From assembly GCF_048403405.1 (NCBI RefSeq), contig NZ_CP183129.1: a stretch of 64,000 bases of DNA. One strand, given 5' to 3'. A program made the translations under genes and the position numbers. The notes under the pieces were generated by a model. It had not been told where the DNA came from. It worked only from the letters and a program-made list of their open reading frames with translations, and did no database searches. Every line of letters begins with the position of its first letter. Within the stretch, counting starts at the first letter, position 1. Positions 8,166 to 19,961 of this stretch are shown here, in pieces. The stretch is from Escherichia coli (GTDB lineage: Bacteria > Pseudomonadota > Gammaproteobacteria > Enterobacterales > Enterobacteriaceae).

Positions 8166-11100
8166 TCAGCTGATACTGATGCCTGCGGTGGCTTTCTTCA
8201 TCACCACAACCAGCAAATCGCTGATACTTGCTGTGGGATACCAGTCATTTACCAGCCATGCTGACACCGAAAACTCCAGCGTCATGTGACCGTGACCGGC
8301 AGGCATATCAATAACGCCACTGTAAATCAGCGTATTATCCAGCGCGGTACGGTTATAAATTTCAGCACCGTTTTTCCGCACTATCAGACGGCATGAGGAG
8401 TAAATATCAGTATGCTCTCTCTCATGTTTAGCGCCGCTGAATGCCACCGCCGGAATAACAATCTGCCGGTCAAACGGCTGATCGTCATAAATCCTGACGG
8501 TAATGGTCCCTGATGGCCACCGTTCCGGTGCACGGGAGTCCCGGGGGAAAGCTTTGCCCACTGTTTTAACGAGATCGCCTTCAATCTGGTTCGCGGACAG
8601 TTTTCCCAGAACCCGGCAGTTCTCGTTAATCGTGACGTTGTTGAGCGTCCCGGAGTTCGCATTCACGTTACCGCTGATATCGGCATTTTTCGCCGTCAGC
8701 CGCCCGTCCGGTGTCAGGGAAAATGCCGGAGGATTACCGCCGCTGGTAATGGTGGGAGCCGTCAGATATTTCAGGAACACTTCATTCATAAATATCTGAT
8801 CGCCCTGACCAACAAACATCGGCTTTGTGTTGCCATTCGCAGGATTAACCATCGCAATCCTGTCCGCCGCCAGCAGCACCTGACTCTGCATACCGTCAGG
8901 AGTATTCTCAATACCGGCACCAATACCCGCGATATAAAGGCGTCCGTCCTGCATCTGCTGCAGCTTCACAGCCCACATGCTGTTCAGGTTATTATTTGTA
9001 TCAACCTGAACCTTCTGTATCTGCTGAATTACCGCACTCTGGTCTTCCAGTTTATTATTGACGGTCTGCGTGATTTCATTGCTGACATCCGTAATGGACG
9101 TCCTGATTTCAGCCAGGTCAGGCGCAAGCTGACCGTTATCAATCTGCGTCCACAGCTCCTGAGCCAGATGGCTTTTCCCTATCTCGCCTTTGAAAAAATC
9201 CAGATAGCCGGATGCATCATCACTCGGCTGGCCAACAGCCTCCACAAATGCCGATTTGCCAACGGTGTTCACACTGCGGATGTAAAAATAATAATCATGG
9301 CCCGGTTTGATATTGATACTGGTGGCTATCCAGTACAGCGCCGTGCCAAGATAGCGGGCTGTGGTTTCAACCTGCCTGATATCGGTAATCCGCGTTTCCG
9401 AGAACCAGAACTCAAACTGTACCGTCGGATCATAAACCGCAAGATGCGGCGTGGCAGTTATCTGAAAATAGCCCGGCGTCAGCTCAATCCGCGACGGCGC
9501 TGCCGGTGCGGCAATCCGGAACGATACCGATGCCGGATCGCCCTGCTGTCCCCACGCATTTACCGCCCGGACCGTCAGCGTGTAACGCCCCAGCGCCAGT
9601 TGCCTGAAGCGGTATGTGGTTTCCGTCGTCCTGGCCGTGCTGACCAGCCGCTCACTGCCGTCGTCCGCTGCCACGGTCAGGCGAAGCAGGAAGCTCACGC
9701 CCTTCACCACCTTCGGCGTGTCCCAGCGGGCCAGTACCTGATACTCCCCGCTGTCTGCGGTGACTTCGGCAGTCAGGTGCTGCACCGCTGGCGGCGTGAC
9801 ACCATTCACCGTGCCGCTCTGGTCACCGTCAAAGTGCGCCCCGTTATCCACGATGGCTTCTTTCTCCGGTACATGCTGCACGGCGGTGATGGCATACGTG
9901 CCATCGTCGTTCTCACGGATACTCACACAGCGGAACAGGCGCTGGCGCAGCGTCGGCAGCTTCAGCCCCCATACGCTGTATTCAGCAACACTGTCAGGAA
10001 CACGGCTCACTTTTACCTTCACGCCGTCGGTGACGGACTGAACCTCCACGCTGACCGGATTGCCACTTCCGTCAACCAGGCTTATCAGCGTGGTACCGGA
10101 GGATGGCAGCGTGATTTCACGGTCGAGCGTCAGCGTCCGGGTCTGGCTGTTCACCGCCAGTACACGACCACCGGTGCTGATACCGGCATAGTCATCATCA
10201 CAGATTTCAATAACATCGCCCGGTACATGGCGAAGCCCTTCTGCGCCGACGCTGAAATCCACGGTCTGCGTTTCCAGCAGTTCCGTTTTAATCAGCCACA
10301 GCCCGGCGCGGTGTGCCTGCCCCCGGCTGGTACAGCCAAAGGCATCCATCTTCGTGACGTTACGACCGTAACGGGCAATGGCCTGCGTGTCCTCCACAAG
10401 CTCTGTCGCCGTCTCCCAGCCGTTGTTCGGGTCAATCCAGTTCACCTCAACGGCATTATGGCGGTCCTTCAGGGCGCTGAAGCTGTAGCGGAACGGCGCG
10501 CCATCATCCGGCATCACCACATTACTGCGGTTATAGGTCCACACCTTATCCGACGGTCGGTCCTGCACGAATGTCAGCGTCTGCCCGTTCCATACCGGCA
10601 TACAGCGCATCGCCGAGCAGAAATCACTGAGCACATCCCACGCCTTGCGCTGTGTGGCCAGGTACGCATTACAGGTGATGCGCGGCTCCGTGCCGCCAAA
10701 ACCATCCGGCACCGACTGGTCGCAATACTGGCTGATGACATACAGCGCCCATTTATCCACATCTGCCGCACCAAGACGTTTCCCCATGCCGTAGCGCGGA
10801 TGGGTCAGCATATCCCACAGACACCAGGCCATGTTGTTGCTGTATGCTGGCTTAAACGTTCCGTCCCAGATACCGCTGTATTGCCGCGTCTGCGGGTTAT
10901 AGTTCGACGGCACCTGCAGAATGCGCCCGCGAAGATGATAATTACGGCTCACCTGCTGGCTGCCGAACTGCTCCGAATCCACCTGCACGCCGACCAGTGC
11001 CGTGTTCGGGTAGCACTGTTTCACATCGATGATTTCGGTGTATGACGACCAGAGCGTTTTGTTCTGCAGCTGGTCTGTGGTGCTGTCCGGCGTCATTCTG

Positions 11101-11645
11101 CGCATCCGGATATTAAACGGGCGCGGCGGCAGGTTATCCACCACCACCGAGGCCAGATACTGTGAGGTGGTTTTGCCCTTAATGGTGATGTCTTTTTCCG
11201 TCACCCAGCCACCATTACGCTGTATCTGAACCAGCAGGCGAACTTCCGACAGATTCCGGTCCCCCTTTGAGGTGGTTTCCACCAGTGCCTGCACACCGAA
11301 GGTAAAGCGCAGACGGTCGATGTTTGCAGACGTGATGGTCCGGGTAATCGGCGTGTCGTACTTCACTTCCGTACCCAGCACCGTCTCGGAGCCGGAGGAT
11401 TCAAATCCCTCCGGCGGTGTCTGCTCCTGCTCACCTGCCCGGAACACCACCGTGACACCGGAGATATTGGTATTCCCCTCACTGTCCAGCACTGGCGTAC
11501 TGTTCAGCAGCACACTTTTTAATCCGTCCACCGGACCTTCAACCGGCCCTTCACTGATGGCGTCTATCACGCTCAGCATCTGGGATGATTTCAGGTTGTC
11601 CTTCGCTTCGCGCGGGGTATGCCCCTTACTGCTGCCTTTACCCAT
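8166..11645 (-). CDS. J: tail tip / host specificity protein J
   Basis: 1159 aa, lambda J-like throughout. Confidence 0.95.
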   Translation of the reverse strand: MGKGSSKGHTPREAKDNLKSSQMLSVIDAISEGPVEGPVDGLKSVLLNSTPVLDSEGNTNISGVTVVFRAGEQEQTPPEGFESSGSETVLGTEVKYDTPITRTITSANIDRLRFTFGVQALVETTSKGDRNLSEVRLLVQIQRNGGWVTEKDITIKGKTTSQYLASVVVDNLPPRPFNIRMRRMTPDSTTDQLQNKTLWSSYTEIIDVKQCYPNTALVGVQVDSEQFGSQQVSRNYHLRGRILQVPSNYNPQTRQYSGIWDGTFKPAYSNNMAWCLWDMLTHPRYGMGKRLGAADVDKWALYVISQYCDQSVPDGFGGTEPRITCNAYLATQRKAWDVLSDFCSAMRCMPVWNGQTLTFVQDRPSDKVWTYNRSNVVMPDDGAPFRYSFSALKDRHNAVEVNWIDPNNGWETATELVEDTQAIARYGRNVTKMDAFGCTSRGQAHRAGLWLIKTELLETQTVDFSVGAEGLRHVPGDVIEICDDDYAGISTGGRVLAVNSQTRTLTLDREITLPSSGTTLISLVDGSGNPVSVEVQSVTDGVKVKVSRVPDSVAEYSVWGLKLPTLRQRLFRCVSIRENDDGTYAITAVQHVPEKEAIVDNGAHFDGDQSGTVNGVTPPAVQHLTAEVTADSGEYQVLARWDTPKVVKGVSFLLRLTVAADDGSERLVSTARTTETTYRFRQLALGRYTLTVRAVNAWGQQGDPASVSFRIAAPAAPSRIELTPGYFQITATPHLAVYDPTVQFEFWFSETRITDIRQVETTARYLGTALYWIATSINIKPGHDYYFYIRSVNTVGKSAFVEAVGQPSDDASGYLDFFKGEIGKSHLAQELWTQIDNGQLAPDLAEIRTSITDVSNEITQTVNNKLEDQSAVIQQIQKVQVDTNNNLNSMWAVKLQQMQDGRLYIAGIGAGIENTPDGMQSQVLLAADRIAMVNPANGNTKPMFVGQGDQIFMNEVFLKYLTAPTITSGGNPPAFSLTPDGRLTAKNADISGNVNANSGTLNNVTINENCRVLGKLSANQIEGDLVKTVGKAFPRDSRAPERWPSGTITVRIYDDQPFDRQIVIPAVAFSGAKHEREHTDIYSSCRLIVRKNGAEIYNRTALDNTLIYSGVIDMPAGHGHMTLEFSVSAWLVNDWYPTASISDLLVVVMKKATAGISIS

Positions 11646-11705
11646 TCGTCATGATCCATAAACGATAAAACCGCCCGGAGGCGGTTTCACATAAAACATT
11701 TTGCA

Positions 11706-12377
11706 TCAGCGACCAATCACCACAACCTGACCACCATCCCCTTCGTCTGCCGTGCTGATCTCCTGAGAAATCACGCGTGACCCCACGCGCATTTCACCGT
11801 ACAGAACGGGCAGAACATTCCCCTGGGCAACCATGTTATCCAGTGAGGAGAAATAGGTGTTCTGCTTACCGTTATCCGTTGTCTGTGTGCGGGGAGTTCT
11901 GGCTTTCGGTGCCAGCATCTGAGCCACACCACCGAGCACCATACTGGCACCGAGAGAAAACAGAATGCCGGTCATACCACCGGCACCAATGGCTGCCCCC
12001 CATGCTGCAAGGGTGGCTCCGGCGGTAAAGAATGATCCGGCAATGGCGGCTGCTCCCAGGACAATCTGGAATACACCACCTGACTTGGCCCCGGCGACTC
12101 TGGGAACAATATGAATCACAGCGCCATCAGGCAGAGTCTCATGTAACTGCGCCGTTAATCCGGACGTGCTGACGTCCCGCCCGGCAATCCGTACCTGATA
12201 CCAGCCGTCGCTCAGTTTCTGACGAAACGCCGGGAGCTGTGTGGCCAGTGCGCGGATGGCTTCAGCCCCCGTTTTCACACGAAGGTCGATGCGGCGGCCA
12301 AATCGTTGCAAATCCCCGTAAAGGCAGATGCGTGCCATTCCCGGTGACGCCAGAGGGAGTGTGTGCGTCGCTGCCAT
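11706..12377 (-). CDS. I: tail assembly protein I
   Basis: 223 aa, lambda I-like; overlaps K. Confidence 0.9.
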   Translation of the reverse strand: MAATHTLPLASPGMARICLYGDLQRFGRRIDLRVKTGAEAIRALATQLPAFRQKLSDGWYQVRIAGRDVSTSGLTAQLHETLPDGAVIHIVPRVAGAKSGGVFQIVLGAAAIAGSFFTAGATLAAWGAAIGAGGMTGILFSLGASMVLGGVAQMLAPKARTPRTQTTDNGKQNTYFSSLDNMVAQGNVLPVLYGEMRVGSRVISQEISTADEGDGGQVVVIGR

Positions 12378-13018
12378 TTGTCGGTATACCTCTCTCGTTT
12401 GCTCAGTTGTTCAGGAATATGGTGCAGCAGCTCGCCGTCACCACAGTAAATGGCGGCATGATTCGGCACCGATGAACCAAAGCAGCACAGCAGCACGTCG
12501 CCAGGCTGCGCCTCTGTCAGTGCGACACGGTAAAAACCAGTCGCCTCCATATTGTCAAGATAGAGATTCTGACCGTTACGCCACCAGTCATCCCCGCGAT
12601 GAAAATCCGGCATCTCAATCCCCGCCAGATGATAAGCATCCCGGAACAGCGTGTAACAGTCCGTCACCCCGTGCTCAAAGCGACGCCCGGTGAGATGCGG
12701 CACACAGCGGAACTTGTGAATCGCCCCCCGGCAGACCAGCCACCACGGCAAATCACTCTGCACCTGCAGCCGCCGGTCAGCCTCACTCAGCCAGGGCAGA
12801 CCACCGGGATGACTGTGGACCAGTGCCACAATCTCACCCTGCATCTCTGCCTGCAGCCAGTCCTCCGGAGCCATCCGGAAATAATCCTCCGGCTCACCGG
12901 AGATATTCACGCAGGGAAAATATCTTTCCCCCTCCGGCGTGCTTACCACGAAGCCGCACGACTCCGCTGGCGCACATCGCCGGGCGTGCGCCAGAATCGC
13001 TGATTCTGTCTCTGTCAT
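12275..13018 (-). CDS. K: tail assembly protein K (NlpC/P60 and JAB-like)
   Basis: Start set at MTETESAIL (internal to the longer ORF); HSHP motif. Confidence 0.85.
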   Translation of the reverse strand: MTETESAILAHARRCAPAESCGFVVSTPEGERYFPCVNISGEPEDYFRMAPEDWLQAEMQGEIVALVHSHPGGLPWLSEADRRLQVQSDLPWWLVCRGAIHKFRCVPHLTGRRFEHGVTDCYTLFRDAYHLAGIEMPDFHRGDDWWRNGQNLYLDNMEATGFYRVALTEAQPGDVLLCCFGSSVPNHAAIYCGDGELLHHIPEQLSKRERYTDKWQRRTHSLWRHREWHASAFTGICNDLAAASTFV

Positions 13019-13022
13019 GGGA

Positions 13023-13721
13023 TTACTGCGAAAGTTTGTTAATGGAAAGGAAGCCGCCAAAGTTGCCGACGTTATTGCGGAACTTACAGCCACTCAGGCA
13101 TTTGCTGCATTTATCCTTCGTGATATCGAACGTCGGCTGGTCATATTCATCCGCGACCGCCGGACCGCTATAACCGCACTCATCACCGCGATAGGTCCAG
13201 GTGCAGGTGTTGGCCAGCATGATGCGCCCCGGAAAAACAGCACCATCCGTTTCCGTCGGCGTGGACAACACAAAGGAGGCACTGACCGCGCTCAGTTCGC
13301 TGCACTGCTCGACGCGCCAGCGGCTGATCACCTCCTGCTCCGGATCGGCATCGCTGTTTCCGTTGACGAAATTCACCGCATCCAGAAAACGGGCGTAAAC
13401 CTTACGCCTGACCACCGTTCCGCCGACCAGACTCTGCAGATCTTCCACCATCCCGGTGACCATACCGTACAGGTTAGAAACCGTCAGCGTGGGGCGCGTA
13501 CTGGCGCCTTTGCCATTCAGTTCAAAACCGCTCCCCTGAATGGGATACGGCTGATACTGTCGCCCCTGCCAGGTGACCGGCTCACCTTTTTCGTTCTGCT
13601 CATTACAGAAAAAATAACGCTCTCCACCGACCTCTGTCAGATCGATTTCCCAGAGCACCACGCTGGCCGACTGCTCCGCACGGGTGCATTCATTCAGTGT
13701 TTCCTGTTGGATATCCTGCAT
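13023..13721 (-). CDS. L: tail tip protein L
   Basis: 232 aa, lambda L-like with cysteine cluster. Confidence 0.95.
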   Translation of the reverse strand: MQDIQQETLNECTRAEQSASVVLWEIDLTEVGGERYFFCNEQNEKGEPVTWQGRQYQPYPIQGSGFELNGKGASTRPTLTVSNLYGMVTGMVEDLQSLVGGTVVRRKVYARFLDAVNFVNGNSDADPEQEVISRWRVEQCSELSAVSASFVLSTPTETDGAVFPGRIMLANTCTWTYRGDECGYSGPAVADEYDQPTFDITKDKCSKCLSGCKFRNNVGNFGGFLSINKLSQ

Positions 13722-14050
13722 CAGTTCACCACCTGTTCAAACTCTGCGCTGAACTCAACACGCAACATACTGACCCGCGACGACCATTTTGCGCAGGTCA
13801 CCTTTATCTGCCGGTAGCCATAAGGCGGCGTCCACAGAAAGGCCTTCCAGCCCCCGTGCTCAGCCAGAAACGACTCCAGCGCCGCGGCCTCCCAACGGGG
13901 AACAGAAAGCGTCACGCTGTACGTTTTCAGGTCAGTGTTCAGCCCGGCAGGCGCTCGCTGGGAATAGCCATCACCAAAGCGCACCTTTCTTACGGAAGGG
14001 GCCGAAGCCACATCCATACCGGGTTTCACTTTCCAGCGGAAGGTTTTCAT
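13721..14050 (-). CDS. M: tail tip protein M
   Basis: 109 aa, lambda M-like. Confidence 0.95.
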   Translation of the reverse strand: MKTFRWKVKPGMDVASAPSVRKVRFGDGYSQRAPAGLNTDLKTYSVTLSVPRWEAAALESFLAEHGGWKAFLWTPPYGYRQIKVTCAKWSSRVSMLRVEFSAEFEQVVN

Positions 14051-16608
14051 CGTCCACCTCCGGAGAACAGACCACCATCGCGCATCTGCCCGGTCACAAC
14101 ATCCATTGCCGCCTTACGGGCTACGTCATAAACAGCCTTCAGCGCCTGTGGCCCTATCTGACCGTTCGTGCCGTCGTTGTTAATCACCACATGGTTATTC
14201 TGCTCAAACGTCCCGGACGCCTGCGACCGGCTGTCCGCCATGCTGCCCGGTGTACCGACATAACCACCGGTGGCATAGCCGCGCATCAGCCGGTAGAGAT
14301 TCCCCACGCCAATCCGGCTGGTTGCCTCCTTCGTGAAGACAAATTCACCACGGTGAACAATCCCCGCAGGCTCATATTTGCCGCCGGTTCCCGTAAATCC
14401 CCCGGTCGCAAAATGGAATTTCGCCGCAGCTGCCTGAATGGCTGTACCGCCTGACGCTGATGCGTCACCACCGACAGCACCGCCAATGACACTGCCCACA
14501 CTCCCGACGATCCCCACCATTGCCTGCTTAAGCAGAATTTCTGTCATCATGGACAGCACGGAACGGGTGAAGCTGCGCCAGTTCTGCTCACTGCCGGTCA
14601 GCATCGCCGCCATATTCTGCGCAATACCATCAAAGGTCTGCGTGGCTGCACTTTTAACCTGCGACATACTGTCCGTGGCACTCTCTTTCCACTCGCTCCA
14701 GCCGGACCTGAGGCCTGCCATCCAGTTCCCGCGAAGCAGGTCTTCAGCCGCCCAGGTCTTTTTCTGCTCTGACATGACGTTATTCAGCGCCAGAGGATTA
14801 TCGCCATACTGTTCCTTCAGGCGCTGTTCTGTGGCTTCCCGTTCTGCCTGCCGGTCAGTCAGCCCCCGGCTTTTCGCATCAATGGCGGCCCGTTTTGCCC
14901 GTTGCTGCTGTGCGAATTTATCCGCCTGCTGCGCCAGCGCGTTCAGGCGCTCCTGATACGTAACCTTGTCGCCAAGTGCAGCAAGCTGGCGTTTGTACTC
15001 CAGCGTCTCATCTTTATGCGCCAGCAGGGATTTCTCCTGTGCAGACAGCTGGCGACGTTGCGCCGCCTCCTCCAGTACCGCGAACTGACTCTCCGCCTTC
15101 CACAAATCCCGGCGCTGCTGGCTGATTTTCTCATTTGCTCCGGCATGCTTCTCCAGCGTCCGGAGTTCTGCCTGAAGCGTCAGCAGGGCAGCATGAGCAC
15201 TGTCTTCCTGACGATCGCCCGCAGACACCTTCACGCCGGACTGTTTCGGCTTTTTCAGCGTCGCTTCATAATCCTTTTTCGCCGCCGCCATCAGCGTGTT
15301 GTAATCCGCCTGCAGGATTTTCCCGTCTTTCAGTGCCTTGTTCAGTTCTTCCTGACGGGCGGTATATTTCTCCAGCGGCGTCTGCAGCCGTTCGTAAGCC
15401 TTCTGCGCCTCTTCGGTATATTTCAGCCGTGACGCTTCGGTATCGCTCTGCTGCTGCGCATTTTTGTCCTGTTGAGTCTGCTGCTCAGCCTTCTTTCGGG
15501 CGGCTTCAAGCGCAAGACGGGCCTTTTCACGATCATCCCAGTAACGCGCCCGCGCTTCATCGTTAACAAAATAATCATCCTTGCGCAGATTCCAGATGTC
15601 GTCTGCTTTCTTAAACGCAGCCTCTGCCTTAATCAGCATCTCCTGCGCGGTATCAGGACGACCAATATCCAGCACCGCATCCCACATGGATTTGAATGCC
15701 CGCGCAGTCCTGTCTGCCCAGGTCTCCAGCGTGCCCATGTTCTCTTTCAGGCGGCGGGTCTGGTCATCAAACCCTTTCGTTGCGGCCTCGTTCGCCGCCT
15801 GCAATGCCCCGGCTTCATCGCCGGAACGCTGCAACTGAGCAACATACGCAATCTGCTCCGCCGTCACGTTATGGAACTGGCGTGCCATCGCCGTCAGCCC
15901 CGACGTCGGGTCTGTGGTCAGCTTCCCGAAGGCTTCAGCGACCTTGTCCACCTCCACGCCGGATGCAGAGGAGAAACGCGCCACACTCTGGCTGATGGAC
16001 GCAATCTGAGCCTCACCGCTTACCCCCGCCTTAACCAGTGCGCTGAGTGACTCGCTGGTCTGGTTAAACGTCAGCCCTGCCGCCTGCCCGGCTCTGGACA
16101 GGACCAGCATACGATCTGCCGTCAGTCCCGCCTGATTGCCGGAAAGGACCAGCGTTTTGTTGAAATCGGACAGGGTTGAGTTGCCCTGATACCAGGCATA
16201 CGCCAGTGCACCGGTCGCCACCGCCAGCGAGGTGGCCCCCACCATCGGCAGGGTGATCGCACCGGCAAGCCCCCTGAACATGGGGATCATCCCGCCGAAG
16301 GAGTCCTTCACCTGCCCCCCCTGTTGCAGCAGGATGAGCCACGGATTCTGCCCCCCTGCAAGCTGCGTGGCCACGTCGGTGAACTGTGCAGGCAGCATAC
16401 GCATGGCGGCTTTATACTGCCCGACGGAAATCCCCGCTTTCTGTGCAGCCAGCGCCTGTCGGCTCAGCGACTGTTCAACGACTGCCGCTGTTTTTTTCGC
16501 ATCACTTTCCGTACCGGAAAAATGACGCCTGACTCTGGCCATCTGCTCGTCAAATCTGGCCGCATCCAGACTCAAATCAACGACCAGATCGCCTACCGGT
16601 TCAGCCAT
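14047..16608 (-). CDS. H: tail tape measure protein H
   Basis: 853 aa, lambda H-like. Confidence 0.95.
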   Translation of the reverse strand: MAEPVGDLVVDLSLDAARFDEQMARVRRHFSGTESDAKKTAAVVEQSLSRQALAAQKAGISVGQYKAAMRMLPAQFTDVATQLAGGQNPWLILLQQGGQVKDSFGGMIPMFRGLAGAITLPMVGATSLAVATGALAYAWYQGNSTLSDFNKTLVLSGNQAGLTADRMLVLSRAGQAAGLTFNQTSESLSALVKAGVSGEAQIASISQSVARFSSASGVEVDKVAEAFGKLTTDPTSGLTAMARQFHNVTAEQIAYVAQLQRSGDEAGALQAANEAATKGFDDQTRRLKENMGTLETWADRTARAFKSMWDAVLDIGRPDTAQEMLIKAEAAFKKADDIWNLRKDDYFVNDEARARYWDDREKARLALEAARKKAEQQTQQDKNAQQQSDTEASRLKYTEEAQKAYERLQTPLEKYTARQEELNKALKDGKILQADYNTLMAAAKKDYEATLKKPKQSGVKVSAGDRQEDSAHAALLTLQAELRTLEKHAGANEKISQQRRDLWKAESQFAVLEEAAQRRQLSAQEKSLLAHKDETLEYKRQLAALGDKVTYQERLNALAQQADKFAQQQRAKRAAIDAKSRGLTDRQAEREATEQRLKEQYGDNPLALNNVMSEQKKTWAAEDLLRGNWMAGLRSGWSEWKESATDSMSQVKSAATQTFDGIAQNMAAMLTGSEQNWRSFTRSVLSMMTEILLKQAMVGIVGSVGSVIGGAVGGDASASGGTAIQAAAAKFHFATGGFTGTGGKYEPAGIVHRGEFVFTKEATSRIGVGNLYRLMRGYATGGYVGTPGSMADSRSQASGTFEQNNHVVINNDGTNGQIGPQALKAVYDVARKAAMDVVTGQMRDGGLFSGGGR

Positions 16609-17439
16609 ACCGGACTCCTCCTGCGATCCCTTCTGATACTGTCATCAGCATTACGTCATCCTCCGTCATGTCCGCCACATCCGGGGAAGCGGAGATAACT
16701 TCATTCCCGTCCGGGCCAAAGCGGACACCTCCGGCAAGCCCTGCCGCTTTCTGCATCAGCACATCATCTTCAGGCTCTTCGTCAGCCTCGCGCCGGTTCA
16801 GCAGACTGAAATCCAGCGGATGCATATCCGGATCGCTGAAAAACAGGCTGAGCACGGTGTACGTCAGCCCGGAAAAGTGCATATCCAGCAGAACATCATG
16901 AAAATAATGGGTACTGTAAAAACGGTGCCAGTCGGCATACTCCGTGGATGACATCCCGGCAAGCATGGCACGCCAGTCGGGTCGCCCCATCTCACGCGCC
17001 AGTTTCAGGGCAAAACTCAGCTCACCGTCGAACACTTTCCCGCAGAAACAGGCTCTGCGGGCCCGGCGTCCTCTGTCTGTTCAGGGGCATTATTCACAAC
17101 AAACTCATACATACCGGACAGCCGGTACACCACGTTTTCAGCATGAGAAATTGCCTCTGTAGGCCAGGTGGTAAGCACTTCCTGCTCAATCTGTTTAACG
17201 GCTTCATTCATGGAAGGCATCTGCGTCTTCTGCGGATGGTTATGCCACAGGGACATCGCTACCACAAAAGCACCGGTTCTGATGGCGTCTTCCACAGTAA
17301 ACTTCCGGTTGCTGTCTGACTCCGCCTGTTCTGCCTGCCGTTTCATCAGGGCGAGATGCTCAATACGCTGCAGGGCTGACAGTTCAGAAAGCGTGACGGT
17401 CACACCGTTATGTTCAAATGATTCGGTTTTCAGGAACAT
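16601..17439 (-). CDS. tail assembly chaperone G-T (programmed -1 frameshift fusion)
   Basis: T frame ORF 16601..17035 overlaps the G 3' end; slippery GGGAAAG present. Confidence 0.8.
17017..17439 (-). CDS. G: tail assembly chaperone G
   Basis: 140 aa, lambda G-like. Confidence 0.9.
   Translation of the reverse strand: MFLKTESFEHNGVTVTLSELSALQRIEHLALMKRQAEQAESDSNRKFTVEDAIRTGAFVVAMSLWHNHPQKTQMPSMNEAVKQIEQEVLTTWPTEAISHAENVVYRLSGMYEFVVNNAPEQTEDAGPAEPVSAGKCSTVS
17033..17039 (-). other. slippery heptamer G GGA AAG for the G-T -1 frameshift
   Basis: Plus-strand ctttccc, 14 nt upstream of the G stop. Confidence 0.7.
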
Positions 17440-17454
17440 CTCTGACTCTCCGGA

Positions 17455-18195
17455 TTAACTGGCGGTGACGGTGATTTCTGCAACCGCAGCAAACTCACCA
17501 TTACCGGATACGACCGGAATGTTGACCTTACCTGCAGCAACGCCATTCACGGTGATGGTCATACCACTGACCGACACGGTGGCTTTTGTTTTATCCGCTG
17601 ACACCGCACGGAAGCTCTTGTCGGTTGCGCCTTCCGGCTGGAATGCCACGGTCAGCGTGGTGCTCTTCCCTTTCACTACGGAAGCGCTGGCTGGCGTCAC
17701 GGTCATACCGGTTGCCGCTGTTACCGTGCTGCGTTCTTCTGCCATCGACGGACGTCCCACATTGGTGACTTTCACCGTGCGGGTGATCACTTCCTTCGCC
17801 GTCACCGCCTTACCGATACTGCTGACCCAGCCACGGAACACATCGACCGTGCCGTTCGGGAAGCGGATTTTATAGGCACGGGTATCGCCTTCATTAAACC
17901 ACGCCAGCAGCGCCTGCTGCCCCTGCTCTCCGGGCATCCACGCCAGCGTGAAGCTGGTATCTCCGGCAGATTTCTGCCCCTGCCCGGTCGCGGTCCAGTC
18001 TGCATCTTCATCATCGAGATAGCTGTCGTCATAGGACTCAGCGGTCAGTTCGCCGGGCGTCAGGTCTTTAACTTTAGCCAGACGCGACCAGTCAACGTCT
18101 GAAAGCGGGTTCGCATAAGGGTCACCGTTCCCCTTATAAACCCACAGGGTGGTCCCGGCCCCTTTCACCGGCATTACTGGATTTGGTACAGGCAT
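17455..18195 (-). CDS. V: major tail protein V
   Basis: 246 aa, lambda V-like with C-terminal Ig-like domain. Confidence 0.95.
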   Translation of the reverse strand: MPVPNPVMPVKGAGTTLWVYKGNGDPYANPLSDVDWSRLAKVKDLTPGELTAESYDDSYLDDEDADWTATGQGQKSAGDTSFTLAWMPGEQGQQALLAWFNEGDTRAYKIRFPNGTVDVFRGWVSSIGKAVTAKEVITRTVKVTNVGRPSMAEERSTVTAATGMTVTPASASVVKGKSTTLTVAFQPEGATDKSFRAVSADKTKATVSVSGMTITVNGVAAGKVNIPVVSGNGEFAAVAEITVTAS

Positions 18196-18203
18196 ATCGT
18201 CCT

Positions 18204-18212
18204 CACATTTCA
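18204..18212. repeat. IS1 target-site duplication, left copy (cacatttca)
   Basis: Identical 9-mer at 18981..18989. Confidence 0.9.
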
Positions 18213-18267
18213 GGTGATGCTGCCAACTTACTGATTTAGTGTATGATGGTGTTTTTGAGGTGCTCCA

Positions 18268-18543
18268 GTGGCTTCTGTTTCTATCAGCTGTCCCTCCTGT
18301 TCAGCTACTGACGGGGTGGTGCGTAACGGCAAAAGCACCGCCGGACATCAGCGCTATCTCTGCTCTCACTGCCGTAAAACATGGCAACTGCAGTTCACTT
18401 ACACCGCTTCTCAACCCGGTACGCACCAGAAAATCATTGATATGGCCATGAATGGCGTTGGATGCCGGGCAACCGCCCGCATTATGGGCGTTGGCCTCAA
18501 CACGATTTTCCGCCATTTAAAAAACTCAGGCCGCAGTCGGTAA
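18268..18543 (+). CDS. insA: IS1 InsA
   Basis: 91 aa, [23 protein letters not shown]... Confidence 0.95.
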   Translation: MASVSISCPSCSATDGVVRNGKSTAGHQRYLCSHCRKTWQLQFTYTASQPGTHQKIIDMAMNGVGCRATARIMGVGLNTIFRHLKNSGRSR

Positions 18544-18965
18544 CCTCGCGCATACAGCCGGGCAGTGACGTCATCGTCTGCGCGGAAATGGACGAACAGT
18601 GGGGATACGTCGGGGCTAAATCGCGCCAGCGCTGGCTGTTTTACGCGTATGACAGGCTCCGGAAGACGGTTGTTGCGCACGTATTCGGTGAACGCACTCT
18701 GGCCACACTGGAGCGTCTTCTAAGCCTGCTGTCGGCCTTTGAGGTCGTGGTATGGATGACGGATGGCTGGCCGCTGTATGAATCCCGCCTGAAGGGAAAG
18801 CTGCACGTAATCAGCAAGCGTTACACTCAGCGAATTGAGCGGCATAACCTGAATCTGAGACAACATCTGGCAAGGCTGGGACGGAAGTCACTGTCGTTCT
18901 CAAAATCGGTGGAGCTGCATGACAAGGTCATCGGGCATTATCTGAACATAAAACACTATCAGTAA
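18462..18965 (+). CDS. insB: IS1 InsB (normally expressed as InsAB' by -1 frameshift)
   Basis: 167 aa ORF overlapping the insA 3' end. Confidence 0.9.
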   Translation: MPGNRPHYGRWPQHDFPPFKKLRPQSVTSRIQPGSDVIVCAEMDEQWGYVGAKSRQRWLFYAYDRLRKTVVAHVFGERTLATLERLLSLLSAFEVVVWMTDGWPLYESRLKGKLHVISKRYTQRIERHNLNLRQHLARLGRKSLSFSKSVELHDKVIGHYLNIKHYQ

Positions 18966-19375
18966 GTTGGAGTCATTACCCACATTTCATAGGTAATGAC
19001 ATAAGTCAGATCGGCTGAACTCCACAGGCCCGCATCATCGTCGCGCCGGTAGTCATAGCCGCTGGCCACCATACTGGTGATCAAATCTGACAGTGCCGGG
19101 ATATCACTCATCACCGGATAAATCCGGGACTCCATCCACTCATCCAGCTCTGAATCCGGCACCTGAGCAGGCAGGAAAACTTCGATATGCAGCTCCGCCT
19201 GCCAGGTATCGCTGTCCAGCTCTTCGCCCGTGTATTCAGCGCCGGTGAGATAAACGGCAACTGCCGGAAAATCCGCCTCATCAAAAACAGCGGGGCGACC
19301 ATCAAAAAACGTCGCCCCGGTGTCATGCTTCTCCAGTGCATCCAGTACGGCTGCACGGAGTTCAGTATGTTTCAT
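18959..19375 (-). CDS. U: tail terminator protein U, stop codon displaced by IS1 (7 extra residues read from IS1)
   Basis: Lambda U-like to ...VITYEM, then WVMTPTY encoded by the IS1 end. Confidence 0.85.
   Translation of the reverse strand: MKHTELRAAVLDALEKHDTGATFFDGRPAVFDEADFPAVAVYLTGAEYTGEELDSDTWQAELHIEVFLPAQVPDSELDEWMESRIYPVMSDIPALSDLITSMVASGYDYRRDDDAGLWSSADLTYVITYEMWVMTPTY
18981..18989. repeat. IS1 target-site duplication, right copy (cacatttca)
   Basis: Identical 9-mer at 18204..18212. Confidence 0.9.
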
Positions 19376-19950
19376 CGCTTTATTACCATTCTCAGTTGAT
19401 GCTGCAGCGCATAGCCCAGCTCTTTCGGAAGACGCTCACGCCGTATCCGCTCAATATTTTGTTTAAACGCCGTGGTCAGCGGCACCGCCATCGGGATTTT
19501 CACTACATCAATGGGGTAACGGTTTTTCCCGGCCACACGCTGCATGACATGCCAGCGGCCATTTTTCAGTTGCTGAATAAACGCGCCGGGAATACGACGG
19601 TTTCCCACCACAAGCACGCTGCCGCCACCTTTCAGGGCTGAACGCTGCCCCTTTTTACGACGCCTGCGTCGGGACAGGACAATCCGCGCGTTACCCAGCT
19701 TGATTACGGGCAAATCCCCCCGGTTAACCTTGATTCTGGCCTGCGGATTTTTAACCGTAGCCCTTTTCAGCCTGGCCCTTTCCTTTACCAGTTTCCGGCG
19801 TACCTTTGTCTCACGGGCAACCTGTGACGCCGACTGCGATATCGCGGATGAAGCAACGCGGTTAATGGCCATTGCGGCGGCACCAGGCACCGCCGTTTTG
19901 CTGATACGGCTGAGGTTTTCAACGGCCTGCTCAAGACCTTTTATGGCCAT
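19372..19950 (-). CDS. Z: minor tail protein Z
   Basis: 192 aa, lambda Z-like. Confidence 0.9.
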   Translation of the reverse strand: MAIKGLEQAVENLSRISKTAVPGAAAMAINRVASSAISQSASQVARETKVRRKLVKERARLKRATVKNPQARIKVNRGDLPVIKLGNARIVLSRRRRRKKGQRSALKGGGSVLVVGNRRIPGAFIQQLKNGRWHVMQRVAGKNRYPIDVVKIPMAVPLTTAFKQNIERIRRERLPKELGYALQHQLRMVIKR

Positions 19951-19961
19951 ACATCCCCCTT

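Larger units (their letters stand above)
18213..18980 (+). mobile_element. IS1 insertion sequence (768 bp), complete
   Basis: Terminal inverted repeats ggtgatgctgccaactta / taagttggagtcattacc; insA and insB ORFs; flanked by 9-bp duplications. Confidence 0.95.

Noticed and set aside
9168-11045. 625-aa plus-strand ORF inside J
   Set aside because: Antisense to the lambda J-like gene; Arg/His-rich low-complexity translation typical of a spurious GC-rich antisense frame.
12939-13817. 292-aa plus-strand ORF over the L/K region, and similar long plus-strand ORFs at 14438..16050
   Set aside because: Antisense to well-supported lambda-like tail genes; no RBS or homology support.
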